Part shown: positions 19,899 through 20,213 of the stretch, in pieces | Numbering within the stretch: the stretch's first letter is position 1 | Layout of the letters: every line of letters starts with the position of its first letter | Origin: Catajapyx aquilonaris | Taxonomy: Eukaryota | Length of the DNA: 20,213 nucleotides | Direction: 5' to 3' | NCBI GenBank assembly: GCA_000934665.2 | Contig: JYFJ02001349.1 | Span: 62,001-82,213, forward strand | Notes under the pieces: generated by a model | Told to the model about the DNA's origin: nothing | Databases searched by the model: none | What the model saw: the letters and a program-made list of their open reading frames with translations, nothing else | Translations under genes and position numbers: made by a program

Positions 19899-20213
19899 CT
19901 GTTTCAAAGTAAGTGCGTAAAAATCAGCAGATTAGTGAAAAAAATTTGCCAACCACGACGGACAATAATTATTCAGTTAGAACACAATGCTGTAGATTAG
20001 GTTCATTTCATGGACTTTCCAACATAGTACAATACAGTTGAAGGTGTAAGGGACTTCCACAAACAATGATCTGTGCATCGGGTATAGTCACTGAAGGATC
20101 GTGAAGGATATTCCTTATACTTGCTCTGATCTGAAAATATTGGGACACCCCCAAAAAATGGAGTGGTGGGGTTATACACAGGATGTGATAAAAAGTTTCC
20201 ATTAAGATTATCT

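Overview
This is repeat-dense metazoan nuclear DNA, most likely invertebrate, not prokaryotic. I cannot support any intact, identifiable protein-coding gene, RNA gene or CRISPR array, and nearly all listed ORFs are by-products of repeats. Well-supported content: five tRNA-headed SINEs with target-site duplications (TSDs); three TA-flanked Tigger/pogo-type MITEs; a 571-bp fold-back Tc1/mariner-type MITE; a decayed Chapaev3-like transposon (TAA TSD) carrying two nested SINEs; a Mutator-like element (9-bp TSD) nested in a small hAT-like MITE (8-bp TSD); a 95-bp palindrome; and micro/minisatellites. Between the repeats is a chain of minus-strand exon-like segments with good splice sites but stops in all frames (decayed gene or lncRNA). 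The most notable signals are: (1) about 5-fold excess of TA-C[AG/TG/GG/CG]-TA heptamers that behave as transposon excision footprints, one of which frameshifts the Chapaev transposase; (2) a 693-nt exon-like segment with a frame holding 10 TGA and no TAA/TAG; (3) head/core/tail module swapping among the SINEs. All family assignments come from recalled motifs and manual reading; no searches were run.
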